Part shown: one piece after another, positions 1 to 11,753 of the stretch
How positions within the stretch are numbered: the stretch's first letter is position 1
How the letters are laid out: each line of letters begins with the position of its first letter
The notes under the pieces: generated by a model
The model's database searches: none
Told to the model about the DNA's origin: nothing
Seen by the model: only the letters and a program-made list of their open reading frames with translations
Position numbers and translations under genes: made by a program
Assembly (NCBI RefSeq): GCF_001194135.2
Contig: NC_068984.1
Span: 119,664,049-119,728,048, forward strand
Origin: Octopus bimaculoides
Taxonomy: Eukaryota
Reading direction: 5' to 3'
DNA length: 64,000 nt

Positions 1-175
1 AAGCATTTGGAAGGATCAAGTCTCTGCTGGTGGGTTTGGCCTGAAGTATCCGTCTTGTGATTGCTTCTTGCAACATTCTAATCACATATCTGTATTACCA
101 GAGCTGTAACCTCTTAATGTGGCGAAGTAATGACTCAATATGGAGAGATTCCTTGATCTCTGAGCTGTGCACCTG
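1..175 (-). mobile_element. Degraded RTE-clade LINE ORF2 C-terminal fragment
   Basis: Minus-strand translation SEIKESLHIESLLRHIKRLQLW*YRYVIRMLQEAITRRILQAKPT resembles the RTE QLRWxGHVxRM region. Confidence 0.65.
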
Positions 176-698
176 TCTTCTCAGGTTTCATTCAGGATTA
201 TTCGCTTATAGGTGTGAACATTATGAAGTTACTTCTGATTTGATTTGATTTGATTTGTCTTATGCTCTGTGTCATAAAAAAAGGCATTAATATTTTCACT
301 AATAATCATGTAGGATTATGAATGATTTGGTTTGGTCTTATTAGTGTCAATAATAAAGGCAGTGTGCTGATAAGAGAGCATCAGTCACAATGTCTTTGGG
401 TTTTTTCTTTTTTCCCCCTGACTACTCTATGTTTTAAGGTCAAATTCTGCTAAAGTCATCTTTACCTTTCATCCTTCTGGAGTCTGATAAAATTATGTAC
501 CAGTTGAGTACTGTAAGTAATACACTCAACTATCCCCAGTTCATGTGTTGTGTCTGTTAGAAATGGTCACTACTGCTATTATTTTATAAGGTACATTTTC
601 ATCATGCTTATGTAATGTGCTTTATTTTACAATATTTTTCATACTTGTCACATGCAAATCATTTTACAATGCTCATGATATATTTTGCTTTTTCTCAG

Positions 699-823
699 GT
701 ACCCAATGTAAAAATTGATGCGACAAAACTTAATCCTGAAGAGTTAGGGAAGCTTTATACTGATGTAAAAATGTGGAAAAATAAACAAGATCACATTAAT
801 GCAAAATTGGAAACTATGAAAAG
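699..823 (+). CDS. HSF1: HSF exon: linker + HR-A ([42 protein letters not shown])
   Basis: Acceptor tttttctcag, donor AG|gtaaac, phases 0 to 2; aligns with the HSF HR-A heptads. Confidence 0.93.
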
Positions 824-1608
824 GTAAACATTTTAAACTATGGCTTATGTCATATCATTTCAGTATAACATTTTGTTTCAAAATTAGTCCACCCTTAATA
901 CAAGGTACTCCAAATCATATGCAAGATGCTGTCTCCCAGACTAGCCACATCATTCTGACATACAGAAATGGATGTAGATGGTGATAGCAATACTGCTGTT
1001 GATTAATTTATTTTCTCTTGAGAATAATGAAGATGCTTTGTTACATATGTTAACTACTTTTGTTGCATAAGAAGTTTTGTCTATATTTATTCATTTCAAC
1101 ATATATGATATAGTGGAGGAGAAAATAGATCTTTATAGTACAGAGGATAACTGAGAGTTCCTGCATGACTGGAGCAAGACCCCCCCAGTTAAAAAGAGAA
1201 TGATGTGATAGTGGAGCAGTTTTGTAGATAGAGCCATACAAGCTGAGAGGTAGGGATGTGAAATATCTTATTTTGGTAGGTTAGGATCAAATCCAATTGA
1301 AAGAGTTATAACCCACTGTTTATTCAGACAATATCTGATTATCATTTATTCTGTATTCTTCAAAATCGTTTGGAAGGGAAAAATATGAATTCTATAGACG
1401 AGGTCAGAACAGTACTGGAGGAGTATTTTTTGTCATGGACAAGTGAATTTTGGAACAGGGGCCTTGCAAGTCTACCAGATAGATGAAAGGGCATTGTAGA
1501 AAAGGAAGGAGAGTATATTTTAGATTAAAAAAGAACTTTGTTTATCTTAATCTTGAAAAATAGAAGTAGTATAAAACGATCACATTATTTATGGGATGAT
1601 CCAATATG

Positions 1609-1694
<86 letters not shown>

Positions 1695-4600
1695 GAAAAT
1701 AAATAGAGAGTTAGATAGATATATGTGGGCCAGGCAAAATGGCTATTAAGAAGAAAATTTGCTATTGCAAAATCAAGTTTATATTTGTATCAAACCAAAC
1801 TTACTTAATGCCTATATGTTTTTAAACTGATGAGAAAGAGAGAGAGAGAGAGAGAAGACTCTAAGTATAGTAATTATTATTGTTGTTGTTTTTAACCCAA
1901 ATGTTAAAAGAAATAATAAAAGTAATTATTGTCATTTTTTTCTTCTTGCTTTTAATTCCTAGGCAGAATGATGCATTGTGGAGAGAAGTGGCATCACTGC
2001 GACAGAAACACAAACAGCAGCAGCAGATAGTGAACAAAGTAAGCCTCTGTTTCCTTTATTTATCAACACACTCTTGTAACCATTAGTATATTGTCAGTAT
2101 TTTTTGGCTTTGTCACAAGTGTGAAATATATTTGGAGAAATTACAATTGTCAATTCATTCACCTGTTTCTGATTATCATTGCCTTTACAACCAGCAACAC
2201 TATCACCAACAATCACCACTACATTGTTGTTACCCCAATCAGGCTCTAATTGGGTAGATTAGATCTTTGATTAACACTTTAGCATTTAAACTGGCTGTAT
2301 CCAGCCAAAATATTCTATCAATTTTATGTTCAAACCAGCCAGATCCAGCCTCTTACACTTAGCCTACAATATAATTCTAAAAATAAACAATCAGATCATC
2401 GATACATGGTTACTGTGGCATTACATAAAGGCGGTTAGAAATAGCAGGAAAGAAAGATAAAGATGGTGGTGACAAGGTGTCGGGTACAAAAAACAATAGG
2501 AGCAGAAGATGCAGAAAGGTTGGTAATTTAGTTTGTAAGAGTGTGAGGGGAGAGTGGTATATGGTTAGTGATAGGGGTTGATGTGAGTGTAGTGAATGAT
2601 GGATAAGGGTGAAGGTGTGGCCACCAATGTTGTTGAAAAAGCAACGAACCAAGAGTGGTTGGCGTTAGGAAGGGCATCCAGCTGTAGAAACTCTGCCAAA
2701 TCAGATTGGAGCCTGGTGTAGCCATCTGGTTTCACCAGTCCTCAGTCAAATCGTCCAGCCCATGCTAGCATGGAAAGCGGACGTTAAACGATGACGACGA
2801 CGACGATGTTGGATGGAAGTTTGTTTTATGAACAGTTAAGTTTTAAGTTCATTAAGGATTAATGGAGAATCTTGCCTCTCACAATATAGAAACATTTCTC
2901 ATGGCACCAGCAGACAAAATGGAAAAATTGTTGCTGCAGAGGATAATGAGGGAGATGTACTGGAACAGCCACTCTGACTGATAGGGCTCACACCTGCGGA
3001 TAGCAATCTCTGCTCTGATAGTGGTGAGTGGGGATATGACCTGGGGGCCAAGAACTCTGGAGGTTTCAACTGCCACAGGCTTGGCTCTAAACCTGTTGGA
3101 GAGTGACTGATACCTTGAAGGTGTGGTCAATGTGGGAATAGTTTAGAGGGAAGGTGAAAAAAATAGTTGATCAGGAAGGAGGAGGTAGTAAGCAGCAGTA
3201 TAATAAAACTGTAGATTGATGAGAACTAGGGTGATAAAGTGTGAGGTGGTGAGGGAAAGAGATGTACTGTGGCAGACATGACAGTCGGAATTATAGAGGG
3301 GTGGATATGGTGGGTGGTAGTGGGGGTTTTGATGGCATTACATGAGAGTATGTTGAGAATGATAACTAATGTGAGATGGTGTTAAAGATGAGGGAATGTT
3401 TGAAAATGTTGAATTGGTACCATTGAAATTTTATTTATTTTTATATATATATTTTTTTGTCCTCCACAGCTTATCCAACTGCTGGTGACTTTCATCCAAC
3501 ACAACCGAGGTTTACCAAATGTCAAAAGACAGCTGCCAAGAATGATTGAGGATGCTTCAGAACCTCAAGAAACTGTTGTAGTGCCTGCCAAAAGAGCTTG
3601 TTTTCAGAAACAGCTCTCTATTGAAGAGAATGGAGATCTCCCAAATTCACAAACAGTAAGGGTTTTTTTTTTTTTGCTAAAGATTCTTCTTTTTCAAGGT
3701 GTTATTGTTTTCTTTCTTGTTGGTAGATTAACCTTTTAGCATTCAAGCTGGCCATATCTGGCCAAATAGTCTACCTGTTTTTATGCTCAAACCAGCCAGA
3801 TCTGGCCTCTCACACCTACTCTACAATGTCCTAAAAATAAACAATCACATCATTGAAATCTCACAGCTACATTATAATGCATGATTAATTAAAAGCAATG
3901 TGAATAAATAAGCATTACATTTGACGGAGTAATCTAAATCCTAAAGGGTTAAAGATTAAAATGCCTGTTGTCAGTTGTTTGTTTAAGAATCTATCACCAA
4001 AACTTTAGCCTAGACTTGACAGCATCAAGTATTTAATACATACCACCACCATCATCATCATCATCGTTTAACGTCCGTTTTCCATGCTGGCATGGGTTGG
4101 ACGGTTTGACTGAGGTCTGGAGAGCCAGCGGCTGCACCAGGCTCCAATCTGATCTGGCAANNNNNNNNNNAGCCAGCGGCTGCACCAGGCTCCAATCTGA
4201 TCTGGCAATGTTTCTACAGCTGGATGCTCTTCCTAACGCCAACCACTCCGAGAGTGTAGTGGGTGCTTTTCACATGCCACCGGCACAGGAGCCAATCAGG
4301 CAAGCCTGGCATCGATCATGTTGGGATAGTGCTTTTTATGTGCCACTAGCACTGGAGCCAGTCGGGGGTACTGGCATCAGCCACGTTTGGATGATGCTTT
4401 TTACGTGCCGCCAGCATGGGGACCAGTCAGGTGGTCCTGGCATTGATAACATTCAAATAGTGCTTTTTACATGTCACCGGTCGGGAGCCATTCAGAGGGT
4501 ACTGGCATTGGCCACATTCGGATGGTGCTTTTTATGTGCCACCAGCATGGGGACCAGTCAGGCGGTCCTGGCATCGATCAAGTTCGAATAGTGCTTTTTA

Positions 4601-7600
4601 TGTACCACCGGTGCGGAAGCCAGTCAGTGGGTACTGGCATTGGCCATATTCCACAGGTTCCTTCCACAGTTAGGGAGTGGCACTTTTTCACACAGCTGTT
4701 CTCATCCATACGTAACACATGACCATACCAGCGCAGTTGTCTCTCTTGGACACCACATTTGATGTTTCTTATGCCCAACTTTTCTCTCAGGGCGTTTACA
4801 CTCTGTCATGTATGCACACTGACATTACACATCCAGCGAATCATACTAGCTTAATTTCTTTCAAGCCTACGCATGTCCTCAGCATTCATGGCCCATGTTT
4901 CACTGCTGTGTAGCATGGCAGTTTGCACACATGCATCATACAGTCTACCTTTTGTCCTGAGCGAGAGGCTCTTAGTTGCTAGCTTTATTTTTAGATTAGG
5001 TTGAATTTTATTTGAGGCTGTTAAATGTCTTCATATGATGTTAATGAATATATAAAAATGAAAAACCTATTTATATTTAGTATTTGTTATCCATTCACTA
5101 GTGCTATTGTTATCTAATTTTTATGTAAAGTATAAATGTATACATTTTTATCCATCACACTTGATACTATGTTTATGATAGGTAACATTTAAGGTTTTTC
5201 AGTAAAGTCTTATTTGAAAATAAGTTTATAATTATAATGTTTTTTTTTAAATATAGTTCTGTTGAGTTTGTACACATGTGACATTTGTTTTCTTTTTCTT
5301 TTTTGCATTGAAGGCTCAAGTTGTTGAACACTGTCCATCGCCTAATGTAACAGCAGTGGAAGAAATACCATATCCAGGTATTATGGAAAGTATTACTGAT
5401 GTATTTGATGAAACACCATGTATTTATCCAACAATCATTGAATTGGGGGAGAATGAAGAACCACAAAATGAAGATAATCATCAGGTATGTGCATGAAATT
5501 TGTTGGGAAACCTCTCTTTCTCCCCCATAAATTATAATATACCTGAGAGAGAGAGAGGGAGGGAGGAGGTGAGAGGTAAATATTTGAGAGAATGAATTCT
5601 GTGTATGCAGAGCCATTACTCTTCAAAGCTAAGTTGTAATATAGAGTATAACCTGCACAATAGAGATGTGCTAAAGATAATTGGTAAGAAGAAATGGAGT
5701 TCTTAGAGTGAGAGTAGAAATTGTTCAAATGAACACATATAGTTCTTGCAAGGAGGCGCAATGGCCCAGTGGTTAGGGCAGCAGACTCACGGTCATAGGA
5801 TCGCGGTTTCGATTCCCAGACCGGGCGTTGTGAGTGTTTATTGAGCGAAAACACCTAAAGCTCCACGAGGCTCCGCAGGGGATGGTGGCGAACCCTGCTG
5901 TACTCTTCCACCACAACTTTCTCTCACTCTTTCTTCCTGTTTCTGTTGTGCCTGTATTTCAAAGGGCCAGCCTTGTCACACTGTGTCACGCTGAATACTC
6001 CCGAGAACTACGTTAAGGGTACACATGTCTGTGGCGTGCTCAGCCACTTGCACGTTAATTTCACGAGCAGGCTGTTCCGTTGATCGGATCAACTGGAACC
6101 CTCGACATCGTAAGCGACGGAGTGCCAACAAACAAGTTCTTGTAAAGACCAATGTTTGACATCACTTATATCACTAGAGTCCATTTGGATGAACATGTTT
6201 ATAAGTTTGACAGGGTGGTTTGGCTTCTTTTTTGGTTCAGCACATAGGTAAAGTGAAGGGGAAGTAGGTGACGTCTTTAAAGGGTATGGATTTGTAACCT
6301 TCTTTTGTATAGATTTGAGCTATCAAAACTAGTATTAGTGATTAGTCTAGTTGGGCTCCAACTCTTAGCACATTCTGGTGATGTGCATTTCACACAATAC
6401 TTTTAAATATTTTGGTGGTGGGGTGTGTAATAAAGTTGATTTAAAGGCTAAACTGAATATTGTTGCAGGCTAGACATTCCACTTATGACTTTCCAGTCTT
6501 ATCTTTCTTTTAAAAATAATTATAGTGTACCAAGGATTAAATCCATCTAATGTGTCCTGTTTCCACTTTTCTTTTTAAAGCAATGAGAAGTGATTTGAAA
6601 AAGAGAGGGAGAGAGAGTGGGGGGGGGAGATTTGGTTTCCATTTGTAGCGGGTTGAGTGACTGCATAAATTTCCAGTGGTTCATTCAGTAATTTTCATTT
6701 CAAACGTCATGATTTAAGTTTTCAACCATGTCTATTACTAACCAAAGTAAATATTAATAAATAGGTGTAGGAGTGACTGTGTGGTAAGTAGCTAGCTAAC
6801 AAACCGCATGGGTCTGGGTTCAGTCCCACTGCGTGGCACCTTGGGCAAGTGTCTTCTACTACAGCCTTGGGCCGACCAAAGCCTTGTGAGTGGATTTGGT
6901 AGACGAAAACTGAAAGAAGCCTGTCATATATATGTGTATGTATGTGTGTATGTTTGTATGTGTGTGTATGTTTGTGTATCTGTGTTTGTCCCCCCAACAT
7001 CGCTTGACAACTGATGCTGGTGTGTTTACGTCCCCATAACTTAGCAGTTCAGCAAAAGAGACCGATAGAATAAGTACTAGGCTTACAAAGAATAAGTCCT
7101 TGGGTCGATTTGCTCGACTAAAGGCAGTGCTCCAGCATGGCCGCAACCAAATGACTGAAACAAGTAAAAGAGTAAATAAATAAAGTGGGAAACGGATCAG
7201 ACTTTGGTTTGTTTCATTTGCTTATCAAGCTCTGGTAGCTTTTCAAGCATGTTTTCTCTTAATTAGTGGTCAAAGAAATGATTAATTTCATTGAAGCAAT
7301 AGTATTTTTTTGGAATGTGTTATATATTTCTTCTATTTCCATTCTTTTAGCTACAAGAAATATCTACCAGTGAGGAAGCTTTATTAAACAAAGATGTAGT
7401 TCTCAGTGGAAATACTACTCCAAAACATGTAATGCTGACAGAACCTGATACTACCAGCCAAGACCTTATTCTTATAAACCCTGAAGCTGAACGGTAAGAC
7501 AGTTTTTCTTCGTCTAGACTTTAATCTACCCTGGTATATATTTAATAATTCCGATGTGAGATATTATAGTTTAGTGAATGGGGACTTATGATAATTTCTA

Positions 7601-10600
7601 ATGTTAATACAAATGTTGTTTAGTTTTCACATTGTTGGGCATTTGTTTCTGTGCAATGTGATGCACTTCCATTCATTTCCATGTCGAATCTGTCTCAGTT
7701 TTCAGAATTTTGGGAGTTGGTTTATTATACTCAGAATCCAAAGTATCGTTATGCATTGGTTGACCAGAACTAGTAGCCAGATTACATCACTTGTATGTTG
7801 ACAACTGTCACGGGAGAAAGTTTCTTTCACTGTGCCATTTCATTCAGTTTAAGACGTTACGAAAATTATTCTTTCTTCTGACAGGTTTTGTGACATAGTG
7901 GACCCAATGAAACAGTAAGTTTTACACATACAAATGAGTTTGTGAAATTTTCCTTCTACTTTTATTTTGATGTTCCTTAAGGTTTTTATACTTCTGTTAA
8001 TTCTTCATACAACTGTGTATTTGTATTACAATATTAAAAGGACAAAATGGTCACTACGATGTTTAGTACATGCTTACAAGCTATCTTGAAAGTCCTTTAA
8101 ATTTAATTAAATTTAGATATTATTCATTTCCCTCAATGTTTATTACTTCTGTATATGTTTTGCAGTGTGCAATTTTTGGCAGCTTATTGTCGTTAAAACC
8201 AGGATATTTCTATGCCAGTGTTTCTTTGGGTATCTATTATTTTTGTTTGTGACAAAAAATCAATACTGTTATCGGGAATATTTTTCAAGCTTTTCTCTGT
8301 CATTGAATTGAACATGTGGTTGCTTAATCCATTATAGTTAATTATCCACTATTTATTGTAATTCTAAGCTTAGCTATTTAGTGGCTTTCCTTTACCAATT
8401 CTTTATTTAGTTTATTGGACTTAGTACCTTGTTGCTCTTGCGATGTTTAATGTTTTTGTTTACAACAATGGATAGTGACACCAGCATTAAGATTCATACA
8501 TCTGGGTTTTATTTCTTGTATCATAGGACCATCATTTTCATAGCTCTCTCATTATTTTCACTGCTTCAAACTATCTGCACAGACGCCTGCTACATTGGCT
8601 TGATTTATTGCATTCTCATCCTATTACAGTTATATTTTATATTCAACACTCATTATGAAAACTTGTATTATACACATCTCATGCAAAGATGTTTCCCAAA
8701 ATATTTGTTCACTTTTCTGTCTGTTTTTCTGTCCTAGCATGGGTTAGATGAATATGTTATGAAGGCATTGTTTTACAGCTGGATGTCCTTCCTGTTACTA
8801 AACCTTACCCGATTTTCAAGCAGGGGATCTCTTATTTCACATGTCTTCCAAGGCGCAAAGCCTGCAGACAATTTATTGACTGGGGAAATGAGAATTTCAT
8901 CTCTTGTGGCTGAGCAGTTATCAAGAAGTGAAAATATAAACACACACATACATGTTTATATTTATATACACAATGGGCTTCTTTCAGTTTCCTCTTTACC
9001 ATTTTCCCCTCACAAGAGTTTTGGTTGGCTTAGGACTGTAGCAGAATATACACCTGCCCAAAGTGCTTCACAGTGTGACTGAACTCAAAATGAATCGACT
9101 GAGAACCAAACTTCTACATCAAACATCCGTGCCTGTAAAAGCTGGAAAGCAGTATATAATTACCAGTAGAATTTAGCTAATGAATGATAGATCTTCTATA
9201 ATAATTATTTGACCTGCTAAAACACTACCCATAAAATTTTGTTTTATGCAATACTGCTTGAAATATATCTTTACACATCATCACATGGAATCTTATCTTA
9301 GTAAAGAAACTTGAACAATGTTTCTTTATGTATATTGTACTTATTTGTTGTTAGCATATTATTTCAGTTTTTAGTCCTAGCTAAAATTTAAAAAAAAAAA
9401 AACTAGCTCAATATTGTAAAGAAACTTGTCAAAGATTGCTTTCTTTAAAAGTCTCTTGTAAGTAAAGAAATTATTCTTTTAAGCTGTATTGATATTTGTT
9501 CAAGTTCAAATCCCACTGAGATCCACATAGACTTTCACCCTTCCTGAGTCAATTAAAGCACCTGTCAAGATCTGGGGTTGATTTAATTGACCATCCTGAC
9601 TCCTTTCCTGCCTATAGCCTTGTATCAGTTTGAAATCAATATTTATTTACCGAGTGTTTTGCTGTGGTTTGTTCTTATGCACAAGCATGAGCATAATTTC
9701 TTGCATTCAAGCATGAATTTTGAAAGATTTTATGTGCATGCATGTACACATGTTTTAAAAGGAGATTTAAGTTTGTATGAAGATAATTCTTAACATGATT
9801 AATAATACAGGATATCCCCTCAGCATCTCTAACATTATGGAAATGTGTTACTGAAAAATCTTGCTCAAACAAGGAATTCTGTAGGGTAAAACCTATTTTC
9901 CATTGGCTTCTATGTTACATAGAAGTCAGTTGAAAATATTCTTTGCATTACAGAATTCAGCATTATATCAAGGTTTTCAGCAACACAATGATTCCAGGAC
10001 ATGAGAGGATGCCTATAGATTTTTTAAAGTTAAGTTTAGTTATATTGAACAAAAGATGATAATATGAGACCTTTCACTGCTAGACCTATTCAGATAGAGA
10101 GGGTAATGTAGTATACAGGAATAATTTCATCCTTGAAGCTGTGAACTTCTTATATATTAGGTTTTGTTCTACTGACTGATTGTTGTTGTATTTGAAGAAA
10201 TCTAATTTGTTCTCCCCCACTCCCCACCGAAAAAGAAAAATAGTTTTGAAATTTCTGTTTGTTTTGTTTCACAATATGAATTAATAGCATATACATCAAT
10301 ATTCACATGAACTGGGGTTTTTTTTTTTAAAGAACTGTCAGCTTGAGTGTTCAGAGTTTCTCTACCAGTGGATCCCAAAACATTTTCAATAGAAATATAA
10401 TCTAGATTCATGAAAAGATTTTTGTAATTTTAATTTACCCCCCCCCCCCAAAAAAAAATTAAAAAACCAAAAAATTCTACTTAGACAATGCTAGTGATAT
10501 ATTAAGGTAAAGATAAAGCAGCGAGCTGGCAGAATCATTAGCATACTGGACAAAAAGCTTAGCAGCATTTTCTCCCTCTTTATGTGGTCATCTCTGCCTT

Positions 10601-11696
10601 TCGTTCAATTAAGTACCAATGAAGCACTGGGGTTAATATAATTGACTATCCCCACTCCCACCAAATTTCAGGTCTTATGCCTATAGTAGAAACAATGTCT
10701 TAAGGTAATGATGACTGAATAGTTTTGGTTAAGTGATATGGATATAAGAGGGAGAGGTGGGGGCGGGGAAGAAAAAAAAAAAAAAAAGCTCTATTCAATG
10801 CCAAATATTTTGATAAAAATAATTCTGCAGCAAACTTGAATAGTTTTGGGAACCACTGGTCTAATTTTCTTGATACCTTTTTTCTCTACTAACATATTGA
10901 GTTTTTTTTATATTTACAGACAAATCAACATAAAATTAATTGCTAGACACTTGATTAATTTATTAAAGTGCCTCCTGATTATTTAATTGTGTTTGTTGTA
11001 TGTATGTTACATATTATTACAGAAGTTATAATAATGCATTTCATTGACTTTCTGTTTAAAAAAATTGATAAGCAGTTCTGAAAAGGAATTCAAATGGGGG
11101 TAATCTTTGTTGAAACACACACATACACACACACATTAAACTATATACATTTGCAAAAATCATCTCAGTAAAAACCAATGTCAGGCCATGCATTGTTTTT
11201 GCTTACCAGCTGAATATATTTCTTAAATCCTAGCTTCTTTGCTAACTTTCCCACACAAATTAAGCATGCATATGTTTTATCTGCACTGCCAAGCTCTTCT
11301 ATTTAAATTCATCCTTCATACGTTTTACATAGAATAGATTAGTTTCTTAGCTTGGAAAAAGCTTTTTTTTTTTTCCCCTACTGACTAACGTAGCTATATA
11401 GAATAGTATCCTGTATTTCTCCATTAAAACATTATTTACATATGCATACCAATTTATACATAATGTTCTAGTTATTTATTTATATTGCCCATTGTCTTCT
11501 TCTTTGGTTCATCAGGTTAGTTGTGTAGCGCGAAGTTCAGTATTAGAGACTACAGACAGGAGAAATAGATGAAGACAGAATAGTTAGAACGAAATTCGTA
11601 TGAAAAAAAGAAACTCGTTCGTCATCAGGATTTTAACCTAGGGCAAGGGACATAACTCTGTCAAAGAAAGCCACTCTACTTTTCAACTGATTCAGA

Positions 11697-11753
<57 letters not shown>

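Noticed and set aside
4123-4208. 38-bp tandem duplication
   Set aside because: Identical copies directly flank a 10-N gap; assembly artefact.
11516-11600. CpG-containing unique patch with a + strand acceptor (would add LVV*) and a strong - strand acceptor at 11550
   Set aside because: All frames close quickly and no partner exon was found. Pairing it with the minus-strand donor-like site at 31590 as an antisense RNA is unsupported.
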